The translations under genes and the position numbers were made by a program. From Rhynchobatus australiae (taxonomy: Eukaryota), in the NCBI GenBank assembly GCA_034780895.1, contig JAUZTB010000072.1:20616535-20680379 (forward strand): a stretch of 63,845 nucleotides of DNA, written 5' to 3'. The notes under the pieces were generated by a model. It saw only the letters and a program-made list of their open reading frames with translations. It ran no database searches and was not told where the DNA came from. The stretch's first letter is position 1. Every line of letters begins with the position of its first letter. Positions 49,601 to 62,900 of this stretch are shown here, in pieces.

Positions 49601-52600
49601 ACTTCTTATGGCATAGCTGAAAGTGGGATGTTTGCAAAACAAAAGTAAACTAACTTTCTTCCAGTGAATGAGTTTGCTTGTTGTTTAATAATCTTTCTAT
49701 ACTTCATTATTTGAATTTAACCATTACCGAAATACTTTCATACCTGACAAACTAATTTATTTAATCTTATGGAGGGTTAAGAGCAAGGTACTTTTAAAAA
49801 TGTATATGTTAACTTCTTGACTGTTATGGCTTTAATACAGATAATAAACACAATAATTCAGAGATCAGTGTCTTGTCCCTCACCACGTCACGCTAGGTTT
49901 TCAACTGCAGCTTTATCGTCTTAACCCTTCAGCTCACTCACAATACACTGCCACGATGCACAGCTGCAATAAAGATACCATCTGGTAGTCAGAACTGCAG
50001 TGGACTAGTCAGGACTGCAAATGGAATCTCTGAAAGTTGATACTTNNNNNNNNNNNNNNNNNNNNNNNNNNNNNNNNNNNNNNNNNNNNNNNNNNNNNNN
50101 NNNNNNNNNNNNNNNNNNNNNNNNNNNNNNNNNNNNNNNNNNNNNNNNNNNNNNNNNNNNNNNNNNNNNNNNNNNNNNNNNNNNNNNNNNNNNNNNNNNN
50201 NNNNNNNNNNNNNNNNNNNNNNNNNNNNNNNNNNNNNNNNNNNNNNNNNNNNNNNNNNNNNNNNNNNNNNNNNNNNNNNNNNNNNNNNNNNNNNNNNNNN
50301 NNNNNNNNNNNNNNNNNNNNNNNNNNNNNNNNNNNNNNNNNNNNNNNNCATTCTGCAAAGACAAGTAGATAGAATTTATCTGATTTGGATAGGAATGTTT
50401 TATAGCTGATTAGAACTAAGATTTTCTTAAATGGAAACAACTGAACTTCACATCTTGAAAGCATCTTAAGTACCTAGTTTACCCAACTCCTACTACATAG
50501 AAAATCTCCAACCGTTTCCTTTTGTGACATAAAATCCAGAATAATAAACTGAAAGTCTTACCTGAGAATATCCGCCAAAGGAAATATCGACAGCACATGG
50601 AAGAAAAGGAAATTGCACCATTAGTGTCTTTTCTGAAACTATCTTAATACAAGGTTCTTACAAAGGTTTATCATAATGCTAATAATACTTTCATTAGACA
50701 ATGGGGTATTGGTTCTGGAGCAGTAGAAAAGGACCAGGTATCTGCCTTTATGTTGACAGATTGGGTCAGGGCACCAACACTTAGTAATTTCTTATCCAGT
50801 TTTAGCTTCAGATTATAGCTATTCAGAAAGATTCTGAATTAGCTGTGTATCATTACAATATCAAAGACAGTATGCATAGCAACATTTGTGTGTTCATATA
50901 TCTTAGTCTAATTTATTTTGCTACATTTTATCATATTTAAGTAACTTAATGATACAATGCTCAAAATCACTCCACAAAAATGTTTAAAATATTAGAAATT
51001 CATTACAGCGTTCATCAATAATTTGAGCAAGACCAGGTTAGCAATTTCGTTATGAAACGTCCCTTAAATTGGATGTTGAACACAAATATTCAAGACAGGT
51101 TGGAAAACATCTGCCCAACCTTCTAAGAAAGAAAATGTTATGTTCTTTAAGAGACTCTGCTGAACAAAGGCTTCNNNNNNNNNNNNNNNNNNNNNNNNNN
51201 NNNNNNNNNNNNNNNACAAAATATACATCTGCATTAAACATGCTTTCCAAAATACCATAGTGTTTAATACAGTGTGTGGTGAAGAAAAATGACTCCTTTA
51301 AGTTACTGGCCCAAGACCAGAAAACATACAATCTTGAATTTAACATGCAAAATGCAAAAAAGCAGTTTATGCAGTACCATATTACAATATGCATGAACAG
51401 TTCTCTTAACCATATTGATATCTGGATGTCCTCCAGTATTAAAAAGAAGTCATGAGAGAAACTGTGAGCTCATTGGTCAAATCTTTCATGCAGTCTAGTC
51501 AAACCCATGCATGAGTGAGAAACACTTGAATTTAACAGATCTGCTGTTCCAGCTTTGGATTACATCTTTGATTTCTTACGTTGCACCATTCTGTATAGTC
51601 TTCAAAAGTTCAAGAAGAGAATAAATCAGCTTAACAGAAAGCCACTGTGATCTTGAAACTTGCACAGGTACAAAAGGTTAGTATGATGTAAAGAATTGTT
51701 TTCCTACAGCATATTCTCCACAACATATTTTGGATTCTTCTTATCATAAATCAACCAATTGTATAATGAATATCCACCTTTCTGGGTGTAGCAATTTGCA
51801 CTTCATTCAGATTGGAGGATGCAGAAGATACTACCTACGTATGTGCTACAAAAGAACAAACCTGCTGACGTTCTAATCATTTTTGCAATTTTCTCACAAT
51901 CCCAGTATTTGTAGGTATATCCAGCAGACTTCAAGTTAATGAATTCAAACTAGTTTCAAAACATATTATCTAGTTCACCCAAAGTATAAAAACAAAGGAG
52001 TCTTCCTGTCATTTTTTTAAAAAGACAATCAGCATAAACATAGGATGTTCTGAGAGGATATAGATGAAAAGCATAACTCAGGCAGTTAAAAGCCTACAGA
52101 TTCACAGTGTGCAAACTATAGTCTTAGGTTTGCATTGATAAACACTGTAGTCATGCAACATAAATTAGTGGAATTACTTTTCTGAAAATTGGCCCAGGAA
52201 ATATATTTTTTCCCAGGCCTGATTAGGTTTGTAATGAATCCCATATTTTTTTGCCTTTGCAACTTTTTGATCTTTCTCACATAAACACTTCCAGAATGTA
52301 GGCTGTATGGAGGATGACCAGCTCTGGCTGAAACCTTAGGGCCAGTAAAACTGAGAAATCTGGATACAGTTCCCAAGAAAGAAAAATCTAATTAAATTTG
52401 CATTCACTCTGGAGTCCTAGCACAGTTCCAAAAGCTTTGTTATGCCTGATGCTTAGATATAGGTATGAGTACAGTAGGTAAAAGGGTTATAAGGCCATTG
52501 CTGCTTTGAAAGTGATATACAGCTCCATTGTTGCTAATACCATTCCACTCCCACCTCCACATCTGAGCTCCAAGAATCTGTAGTGACCAGTTGAGAAAAG

Positions 52601-53584
52601 GTTATGACCTTTTGAACCAGAGGACTCTGCCTCATTTCACATGAGAACAGATAACAATTTGAGTAAGAGTCTTATCCTCAATCATAACTTAACTAATTCA
52701 CTGGATTGCCCGATCATTTGGACTTCACGGTGATCAGCCACCCTCACAACTCAGTTACATTAAACAGTGTATGGCACTCCATGAAGGACATACAGTAAAG
52801 ATGTTAATGATTATTCAAAGGGAACTTGAAAATTCACAAATTATAATACCAGCAAACTAGCAAAAATCACCTAAGTCCATTTCATGTATTTGAAGCTCAA
52901 CGACTGTAGAGATTTTTTTCAAAAGAAAATGATATTTACACCAATTCCTAATTTAGCTCCCCCTACACCTCTTTCCAACGGAGTCACTTGAGCTTCAGGG
53001 CTGAAGTGTGATATCCTCAGTGAATGTTTCAACAGAGAGCTGGTACAATGGAGACTTTGAATATTAGTCTGTGGAGGGACAGGAAGAGAACGATGAAAGC
53101 TGAAAAGGAAATGAAGTCAAAAGTTAACTTTTCTTCAGGGGCTGGGTGCAATGGGGCAGGGAGTAAAGTGATGGATGAAGCTCAGCAAGTGGAAAAATTA
53201 AGTAGGACTTGGTAATGCTTGGTTCCTTGTTCAGAACAGTGGGAGGTAAATTTCTCCTGAATTCCAAGATGAGCAGAAATTCTATCCCTCACAAACTTCT
53301 TAATTTCAGGAGGAGGCAGAGTTAAAAGGATGGAGTTCCCCAGACAAATTCCCATAGCTCCTGCCTTTGCATCCAAANNNNNNNNNNNNNNNNNNNNNNN
53401 NNNNNNNNNNNNNNNNNNNNNNNNNNNNNNNNNNNNNCCCTTAGACAATTTTTTTCATGTGATTCCCTGCCCTTCAGGGTAGAAATTTTAGCGGGGGGGG
53501 GGGGCGCGGGGAAATGGGCAGAACCACCAATAAATCATAATTCAATAACACATCTTTTTTTCTATTAATTTTGGTATTTCCTAA

Positions 53585-53756
53585 CAACATAACAAGCCTG
53601 TTCAGCCCATCAAATCAATGCCAGCTCACATACAAATTTGACTCCCCATGAATTTTATCTGTAACCTATTCTCCCCACATTCCCATCAAGTCATCCCAGA
53701 TGCTACCACTCATCAACCCACTCAGGGCAATTTATAGTAGTCAATTAACCTACCAT
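53585..53756 (-). mobile_element. HE1/V-SINE-like SINE 3' part
   Basis: TTCAGCCCATC..ATGCCAGCTC..TTCCCATCAA..GGGCAATTTATAGTAGTCAATTAACCTACC, homologous to 59245-59320. Confidence 0.6.
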
Positions 53757-56700
53757 TCCACCATTAATTATTAAGATAAAATTACCCCACTGTGTTTGGA
53801 AAGCCCCAGTGGTGTCAGAAGCAGAGATGGCACAGATCTGACAAGTCTCTAATTTTCAACAGGATTTTGTTTTAAACTTCACAGCAGAGAGAGGTGAATA
53901 TGGAAAGCCTTCAACATGGAGACTTGGCAGAACAGAACACCTGTCCATTATAAAACCCAGGTGATTTTTATCACACAGGTACCATACTGGGCAGGCATTA
54001 AGAAAGAGAACTATTGCAGAATATTTTAATAATTTCATTAGATGCCCAATGCCATCAAAAGTTAGTTACAGTGCTAAGGGAGGACCACAGTTTTCTCCAT
54101 CTTGGTGAATCAATCATACAAGCCACGCATAAACCAGGATTCTACTTGTGGCGCTACAGCGCTAGGTTGAAAATGAAAAAGAAAAAAGATTAATTCCACA
54201 TCCAGTTCTGCAAAGAAGGTGATGGTATGGATGTTGGAACAAATGACTAAACAGCCCACCAGCTTAATGGTGAGCACAATAACTATGATTGGGGCATATT
54301 CTTCATACGTGAAGAATGTAAATTTGCATGAGAGGCTGGTATTTCAATGGCACCTTAGAAATATGGTATTTCCTTCTTATAGGGCAATGGGAAGAAGTGG
54401 AAGAATGATACTTAAAGGAAAAAGATCAAGTAAAAGCATTCCTTGAAATAATAATAATAATAATGAGAATTAAACAGTGAACCAATTATCCCCATTATCC
54501 TAAATTTTCTTGAGGTTAATACCTTCACACTCACTGATGTTCCATGAGCTTTTGATTCCACATTCCAATACAATGCACGACTGGAAGAAACATCTTAAGC
54601 AGAGGTGCCACCCATTTGATATCACTATTTCAGTCAAACCATGACAAGTAGAGAATGCAATTCACAATCCATAGATCCCACGAAAAACATCACTAAAAGG
54701 AGACCTTCAAAAGTTTGCATGGGAGAATCATTACGCAAAATGCCTGCCCCAAGGCCATCTTTTACTAGCAGCTCGAAAGCATTGAACTGGGGATTCAGAC
54801 TTCGCCAAACTACACTGCTCACATTTATGATTCCAAGACAGTCCAGAAAAGTAAACATTCTCTACAAGGCATTTACCCAAAATTTTCCTTTCTCCCTGCA
54901 AGGAAGTACATTCATTGCCAACCCACCAGCACATCAAAATCCAAACCTGCTCTCTGAGAAATCCTCAGCATTAATTCAGCCACTGTTATCTTCTGTAGGC
55001 TTATCCATTAACACTGCAATAACACTAAACATAAATGTATTATCAGAGAAGGAAACACAAAGACTTTACTGATCAAAATTAAAAGCAGTATAGCACACAT
55101 TGTTATATCATTATAAATCACTATGTTGCTGTTAGAACAGTAGAGCAACTCCATTTTGCAATTGAAATCTAATGCAGTTAATTGGATCGAATTGAGACTC
55201 CAATAATGTTTACTATGTAGTGGATTTTATTGTACATAGATGACTGATTGTTATTTAAAAACAGAATACTTAGATCCAGGGAAAGGTTTTTTTTTACTGT
55301 CAGCGGCAGATATAAAAGCCCCCCACTAAGGGTTTTAACCTCTCAATGGAAAGGATAATCAGGACTGGCAGAGAGAGACAATGGCATCCCTCTGTACACA
55401 GAGCCAGGCGTAGAGTTGATCCCCCTCACAGCATGTGGAGGCAGAGAGGCGGGTCGTAAGGGAAAGGAGGAGAAGCAGTTTTACAGCATTGCATTCCAGC
55501 CCTCCTGCCTGGTCCTATCTCCAAATTGGACAGGCTGAACTTTTGACCCTTCAACAGACACACAAGCAGAAAAAAGTATGGCCATAACACTGTCTGCTTC
55601 AAGGCATGGCCTCATTTCAACAGTCTGGACCATGTCTTCCTTCCCCGCCTCCTCCCCCCTCAAAAAAAAAGAAACTTTGACCATTACCTGTTTTATGACC
55701 ACCAGATGGTAAAGTCCCTAGTGACTGTGGACTTTCTAACTTCTGAATCCGACCTAATGACCCCATAGGGTAACTAGCAGTACATTATCAGTTCTCCGAT
55801 GGGAAAAACAAACCCAGCACATAGCCACAAACACTATGAAGATTTTCCCCCGTTTTAAACATAAAAACACAATATTCCACATGCTCAATTATCAGAATGA
55901 TGGATGGATTTTTAATTAATGTTGCTTTATATTTTATTTTCTGCACTGCATATGTTGTGAATCACAATTTTCCTTCACTAAAATAAAAATCTTTCAACCA
56001 TACATTGCTTTCATTAAATTATGACAGTTTAAAAAAATCTACTAAAAGTAGCTAGTGACCCTACTACACTTACCATGTATTTATTAGGAAAAGAGACAGA
56101 AGCAAAATCGAACCATCTTAAAATAATCCTCTCCAAATCCCAATACACCCAGAATTCAATGTCTGAACCAAAGCAGAAAATAATTCTAAACCTGCCTATT
56201 AAACTTTTACAGGCAACTTTATAACTTCACAGCCAACCCCAAAGAAGCACAAAAGAAAATCCAAATATCTGCCCCCCAGCTGTGAAGGGAGAAGAAATTA
56301 AAGAAAGTCACCATGCAGCTGTAAAAATCCTGTCTGGCCCCTTTTTTATAATTCGTTCAAGCTTTAATTGCCATCTTGAAAAGTGATCATCAGGAATGGT
56401 TAGCTTTAATTGCCCTGAATGCCCCTTAATGATTACAGTCACAGTGTTTTCGTGATGACCAGAAAGCAGAGAATTTAACATGACTGGGGTAGGGGGGGGG
56501 AAGAGGAGGGGATTGGGAGTTGGTTGGCAGATGACTGCTGCAAAACTCTTAGACTGTACTAAAAGTAGGGTCATCAAGGGGACGAAACTGGTTTTAAATC
56601 CACAGCTATTTGCATTGTATGCCGCTGTTAGGAATCTTTCTTGTACTAACATGCCTTATACTTAATGTTCTCTGCTAATCTAACTCTGAAGTAGGCAAAG

Positions 56701-57657
56701 CCTGTACACTTATTTCTGTTAAAAGGTATGTTTTATTCAAAAACATTCCAGCTATGTCTATAAACTAACAACTCTGGTGTCTGTAATGACAATCTAAAGT
56801 TGTTTACACTTTCAAAAAAAGTCTTTTTTACACAGGTCAGTGTTAAACTTGAACTTGTAAATGCAAGTTGTCAAAACATTTTTTGTTACATTCATTACTG
56901 GACCTCTCATCTACTTCCTTTCTCTTTCCCAATGATATGTCTGATCATTATATCACAATTTGAATGTGACAAAAGTAACAGACAAGACACTGTCAGGACT
57001 AGCATAGGACAAATAACATATCTGCTGAATATTTTTCTTTTACTTTATCCTAAATGGAAGCAAAATAGAATTAAATGGAGGGAGATCTGGCTAACAGCCC
57101 CTGTAGTATCCCTATATCAAAGGGACCCAACAGCTAAATTCCCTAGGTTTTTCATAAAACCGCCACAAAATCTGAATGTGTTATCTTTCATTCTTCACCA
57201 GTTCCCTCCCCCACTTTGCTCCACCACTTCTACAAAGGCTTCCATCAGGGTCACTATAAATCCGCCTTAAGCCCAGCAGTAAATTCTTCACTCAAATGGT
57301 TTTCTGCCATTTTACTCTTCACATCTGGTAAACAGAAGAGTTTCTACATCCTCTTGTTTATCTCCCAAAACAATCAACATCCTACATTTTAAAAAAGAAT
57401 CAATAAAGGCAAACTTTAAAAATTAACTGTTCAATAAATACTTTATCAAAATACCTAACATGAAAACAATTAATTGGCGAGAATTTTATTTCAGAACACA
57501 TTCCTCTCTGAGTTTTCCCCTTGGTGTTTGAGAGCTGCTGACGGCACAGGAGATCTGCAACATTCCTTTTGCACCTTGCCCAACTTTCTAGTGAGGTTCC
57601 TAAAGTGACCTACAGTGGGGCTGTGTAAAAGGCAGGGCTATGTTAAGTGAGCTAAAA

Positions 57658-57808
57658 GAGACACAAGAGACTGCTGATGCTGTAATCTGGAGCAAAAAAT
57701 GGCTGGAGGAATTCAGTGGGTCAGCAACGGTGGAGGTACAGGGATAGTCGATGTGTCGGGTCAAGACTCTGCATCGGCCTGAGTTCCTCCAGCACTTTAT
57801 TTTTGCTT
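57658..57808 (-). mobile_element. Penelope-like repeat with partial inverted duplication and degenerate hammerhead
   Basis: GCTGGAGGAATTCA (57702-57715) and TGAGTTCCTCCAGC (57780-57793) form an inverted pair. The minus strand between them reads CCGATGCAGAGTCTTGACCCGACACATCGACT. Confidence 0.75.
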
Positions 57809-57834
57809 AAGTGAGCAAAAGATAGCCTTCGCCA

Positions 57835-57915
57835 ATGCTTAGAGCTGGGATAAAAAGAGAAAATGCTGAAGATTCTCAGCAGGTTAGGCCACACCAGTGG
57901 AAAGAGAAGCAAACA
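57835..57915 (-). mobile_element. Penelope-like repeat tail fragment
   Basis: AGAAAATGCTGAAGATTCTCAGCAGGTTAGGC..GTGGAAAGAGAA, antisense to the repeat tail. Confidence 0.55.
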
Positions 57916-57984
57916 CCTTTTAGCTTTTCAATTTGAAACTGAGGATTAAGAGTCATAGGTGGTGAGAAAGAGCCTGATGTTATC

Positions 57985-58310
57985 CTGCAGTCACAGAAGC
58001 CAGCTGCAGTCTACTCTCTTTGTCACCTCATGGCACCAGCTGAGATCAGTTACTCAGTTAGGGCACATAAAAACTTTAGAGGGGTGTTGAGTGGTTTATT
58101 TTTCACCCAAGGAATGGTAGAGACAGAACCCATCAAACATCAACATATACCTACCTGTACAAGAGCAGAGAAGTGAGATTAGCTTAAACAGCTCATTTTT
58201 GGTTGACATGAACACAATGGGCCCCTTCTGTGCCATAAATGATTCTACAATCGGGTAACTCAGCACACAACAGCAATCGAACCTAGGATAATCTGCTCTG
58301 GGTGCATCTG
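57985..58310 (-). mobile_element. AmnSINE2-like SINE pieces interrupted by a CR1-type tail
   Basis: CAGCTGAGATCAGTTACTCAG (58036-58057) and TAACTCAGCACA..ATCGAACCTAGGA (58256-58288) flank a sense CR1-type tail (ATGGGCC..CTTCTGTGCCATAAATGATTCTA). Confidence 0.4.
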
Positions 58311-59239
58311 GACCAAACAATTGAGCATATTACCATTTAGCAACTGGTGAACCAACCAGTTTTATTTTCCACACCTGGATATAGTTTTAAACTTAAAGCT
58401 CCAACAAGACTATAGCACTCTGCCAATAAATACAAAATATGCTGCATTTCCCAACAAAACATTAATTGCTCCTGATGCAAGACCAGTGTCAATTAGGTGC
58501 TTTGAAAACGACGTCTCCCTTGGTTAAATTGGTCAGTTTGTAACAGACTTTCGTGCAGCCATCAAAATAATCTGCTGAGACTGGGATTAAGAGGTAAGAG
58601 TGCTATGTACGTAAAGGTTTGCACATGCCTTGTGCTGTGCTGTTTGTGAAAACTGAGCAAGCATTTGTTACCTAGCCACAAGGCAATGGACAACATCAAG
58701 AATTTTAACCTAGTCCAAATGCTGTATTGGACCATGTACTCCTAATACCATCAATTAGACATAAAATTATTTTTTATTTGTTGATTGACTCTCCAAAGAA
58801 GATCAACTGTTGTTTTTCAAAATCAATTTATCAAGTTGTGAATCAAAACTTTTCTGACTTTGCAGAGTTATTCAGTATGTATCTTTCTGTTCAGTGTCAG
58901 CTTTTTTAATGTCAGAAAAAAATCCTTAGCAGTTGACACAAGAATGGGTTAGGACCTTGTGAATATCACTTACAGAAGCTGTAAAAAATAGAAAACTTAG
59001 CAGCCTTGCTCAGTGCAAATTGAACATAAAGATGTGCACTGTTGTATCATAAAGGACTTCAATTTCATGTCTTAATAGAAAATCAATTTAGAACACAGCA
59101 CATGAATCTGTACTTTGTACCATCCATGGCTAATTTTGCAAGCATTATGTATAGCTCAGTTTTTAGAATCTTTGAGTTCCTTCTGCCCACCATATTTGCC
59201 TCGAACATCAAACACACATCTACTTCTTCCTATTTTTCC

Positions 59240-59422
59240 TCTTGCATTCCCATCAATTAACTCCCCACCCTAATTCTCCTGCCACCTGCCTACAATAGGG
59301 GCAATTAGTCCATCAACCAAGTCTTTGGCACAGAGGAGAAAATTGGAACTCACAGGAAACCCAGAGTCACAGGGAGAACATTCAAACTCCACACAGACAG
59401 CAACCAAGGTTAGGATCGAGTC
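59240..59422 (-). mobile_element. HE1/V-SINE-like tRNA-derived SINE, interrupted
   Basis: GGAAACCCA..GTCACAGGGAGAACATTCAAACTCCACACAGACAGCA..AGGATCGA. The head resumes at 59918-59945 (TGAACCTGGGTCTCTGCAGCTATGAG). Confidence 0.75.
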
Positions 59423-59424
59423 AA

Positions 59425-59910
59425 GAAGTTAGGCCGCACTTGGGAACATTGCAGGTAGATCTGGTCACCCCATTACTAGAAGGATGTGGAGGCTTTGGAG
59501 AGGGTTCAGAAGAGGATTACCAGGATGCTGCTTGGATAAGGGGGTAATAGCAAAAAGGAGAGGTTGGATAAACTTGGATTGTTTTCTCTAGAGCAGCAAA
59601 GGCTGAGGGGAGACCTGATAGAAATTTATAATAATTGTGAGAGGCAGAGATAGGGTAGACAACCAGAATCAAAATGTCAAATACTAGAGGGCATAGCTTT
59701 AAGGTGAGAGGGGTATGCAGGTGCCTGGAACGCACTGCCAGGGATAGTAGTGGAGGCAGAGATGATAGTGGCGTACAAGAGGCTTTTAGATAGGCACATG
59801 AATATGCAGGGAATGAGGGATTTGGATTATGTGCAGGCAGAAGGGATTAGTTTAATTTGGCATCACAGATATTGTGGGCCGAAGGGCCTGTTCCTGTGCT
59901 GTACTGTTCA
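59425..59910 (+). mobile_element. CR1 LINE 3' end
   Basis: WSP, DVEALERVQKRITRML, LGLFSLEQQRLRGDLIE, TRGHSFKVRG and AWNALPGIVVEA, then tail GGGCCGAAGGGCCTGTTCCTGTGCTGTACTGTTC. Confidence 0.9.
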
Positions 59911-62900
59911 ATTTTCTTGAACCTGGGTCTCTGCAGCTATGAGCGCTAAAATTATAGTTTACATAAACACATGCCAATTCTTTAGCTGAATCTAAATGAA
60001 TGTAACACTTTGGATTTCTAAGATTTGGATGACAAGAGCAAATCTTCATCAAATGGCTGCTTACCAGGAGTTAGTAAAAGGTATAAGATGTATTATTTTG
60101 AATATTAAAAAATACTAAAAAGAACAATTTAATTACATAACTATGTCTTTCCAAGAAATTGTAACGACAAACAATATGCTGTGTAACAGACTAAACGCAG
60201 TATTTCGATAAAATCATCATGCTTGCTAACCAGTAACGAGCTGTAAAATTACCATTGTACAATAAATCTCAATTTTAATTGAATTGTGTTATTTTCCAAC
60301 TAAAAAACAAACTGAAGTTTAAAATAATCAATTGCTTATTTAATAGCTTTTAACTTCAAATCAAGAGAAAACCATGTGAATTAGATTCTTTAAAGAATTT
60401 TTAAAATATAGCTTTAACAAAAAGGATACTGTCCCATCTTGAATTTGGCAGCATTAAATTTGAACAGTGGTTTGGCAAACGAAAGAACTACAGATAACAC
60501 TGCCAAAACACTAAGTTATTGGTGGAAATAGTATACTTCTTTCTTTAACAAAATGCTTTTACAAAAGCAAGTCTGTCTTCCTTTCTGCACTATACGTGCA
60601 TGTGGACCCCAACTTCCCCTTCCCCGTTTCAGTAAACTTACAGTGCTTCATTCAAGTGAACCAATCTTTATAGGCACATTTCAAGAAAGTAGCCTAGAAA
60701 TTGCCACATGCCAGTTTTTTATCATTAAGACAGCGTCGTGGGTCACCCTGGCACTGGGTTTATGAAAGCAGCATTAAAAAAAATGGCAATTATTAAATTC
60801 ACAGAGCAGCTTTGTCAAGTTCCCCTGTGCAACACTATACTGAAAGTGACATTGTGAATTTCAGCAGAACATTCTCTACTGATGCATTGCAAATCCTCAC
60901 AGGTGCCAGCATATAGGCCAGCAAGTGCAATCTTAAAGTGACATACCACAATACAACTAACACTCTTCCAGCTTCAGGATAGAGTTGCCACAGAATAAAT
61001 GGATGCTGCAACAATGAGGGACCGGGGGGGGGGGGAGGTGCGGGAGGGTTGGGGCGAAGGACTGCGTGGACAGGCTGGTGAGGACCAGGTTCCACAGAGG
61101 CGTTCGTTTTGCATGAGGCTACAGACACCCTCCAATGCTTTTGCTTGGCACTTGCCGATAGTGGTCTGGGAGGTCCCCGTAAGGATGAGTGCAGTCTGTG
61201 AATGCCGATTCTAAGTGTTGAACTCTATGCCTATTCAAGAAGCCTAAGTATAAGTTTAAGGAAGGTAAACAATATCTCCAACTGTCTGTGCAACAAATAC
61301 AAAATAATTTAAGGGGTAAGAATTACAGATTATGAAGAAATAAAACTGTCAAGGTATTCCCAAGCTGTTACGAGCAACACACGTTATCAATTAGGAATCC
61401 GCCAGCATTGCAATAAAATAGCTCCTCAATAGTAGACCATCATTAAAAACATTTTTCCTATTACTTTTAGCTACACTGCCTCATGCTCACTGTAGTTCAT
61501 TCCACAATGGGTTAATGCTTCCTCATGCAGTTTCAGTAAAATGTTAGAATGATTGCTGATTTCATTGGTCATTAATTTAGTGTCATTTAAGTGTATTCTG
61601 TACTTACCTTTTGTTAAATTCATATTGCTAACAGGCTATCATTTCAAGACTATTATTATTGAATACCCATCAATTTCAAAATCCTGATTACAACTTAGTA
61701 TACCAATTCTACAGTAAAATGCACGCAAGTTATAAACTGATCATCTAAATGAAAATATTTTACTTTGACACTGGATTTTCCCGCTTTTGGAGTGTTGAGC
61801 ACATACATTGTACAGTGCTAATGCTTATTCTGGTCTCCTGAAAAAAAACCACAACATTCAGCAACAGTGCATTTAGCACACAGATTCGCAGCTGCTGCAT
61901 CACTGCCAGACTCACTGCGAAGCACTTAAAAAGAACTCTCCACATGGCAGACACAGAAAGGGCTTCCAGGGAAGTGAGTAGTTTGGGGATCGGGGGGGGG
62001 ACACTGAATTCTCCAGTGTGTCTGGGACCTCCTCTCCCAACACTCCACGAGATACTGTCCCAAGGGACATGATGCCTCTGCGAGCTGAATAAGGAGGCAG
62101 TGATCACAGCTCCAGTGAATTCTTTAACACAATGCTGACTGTTGAAAAGTGAAACTGGAAAACGGTGTGTGCCAGACTTCGATGTGACAATGCAGACCCT
62201 TTAACTTCCATCTCATTCCAGTGTTCCTATTTTTTTGTGTGAGTGAACAGTGAAGTCGTAGGTTTCCCCCCAAAAATTCAATTTCTGCCAGCAGCAGAGG
62301 AAACGTGTGCTGGACGACCTATGACATTATTAGCTGACTGACGCCAGGCAAATGTCAGCCGTGGTAAAGGGAGTCATGATTTGCACATAAAAAAATCTCC
62401 ACGCAAATGGATCCAATTTCTAGGCCTCGTTGTACACTGGATTCTGCACTTCATGTGAAACCATCTACTGTTTTTCTTGAAACAGGGCGTAATCCTGAAT
62501 GCATTCCTGTGCTAATCAAAACAGTACCAATAGGTTCCTCTCAAACACCCAATGTAATAATCTTGTTCCTCTGACCCTCATGTGGCCTTCAGCTGCCCAC
62601 ATCCTGTTACTAATAAAACCTCAGACAGGAAAACAAAACATATTGGTTTCATAAATGCTTGTGCAGGTCTGTATTTTAACACTTTAATGTAACTACTTTT
62701 GCCTTTCTTGAGCTGCATGCTTCAGAACTTCTAGTTATTTAGTACTATTTATCACACAGTTAACATTAACATGTTGACTCACAAAAGTGAAGTATTTACT
62801 CAACCACACCTCTAAGTGAGGACTTAAATTCTAGGAGAGAATATTCCAATGTTTTTACTTACATGCACAAATGAATTAAGATAAATGTGTAATAAGCAAT

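Larger units (their letters stand above)
6199..53437. other. Assembly gaps (N runs) at 6199-6317, 8380-8626, 15082-15090, 15337-15341, 30347-30446, 33758-33857, 34498-34793, 36218-36227, 36713-36884, 36929-37190, 42595-42596, 44211-44361, 49070-49083, 50046-50348, 51175-51215 and 53378-53437
   Basis: Read directly. They create all the X-containing ORFs and could hide small exons. Confidence 0.95.

Noticed and set aside
53182-53377. Coding-like peptide PPEIKKFVRDRISAHL
   Set aside because: Resembles the CR1 RT motif EKIVRDRI..HL and abuts a gap; likely a LINE relic but too weak to call.
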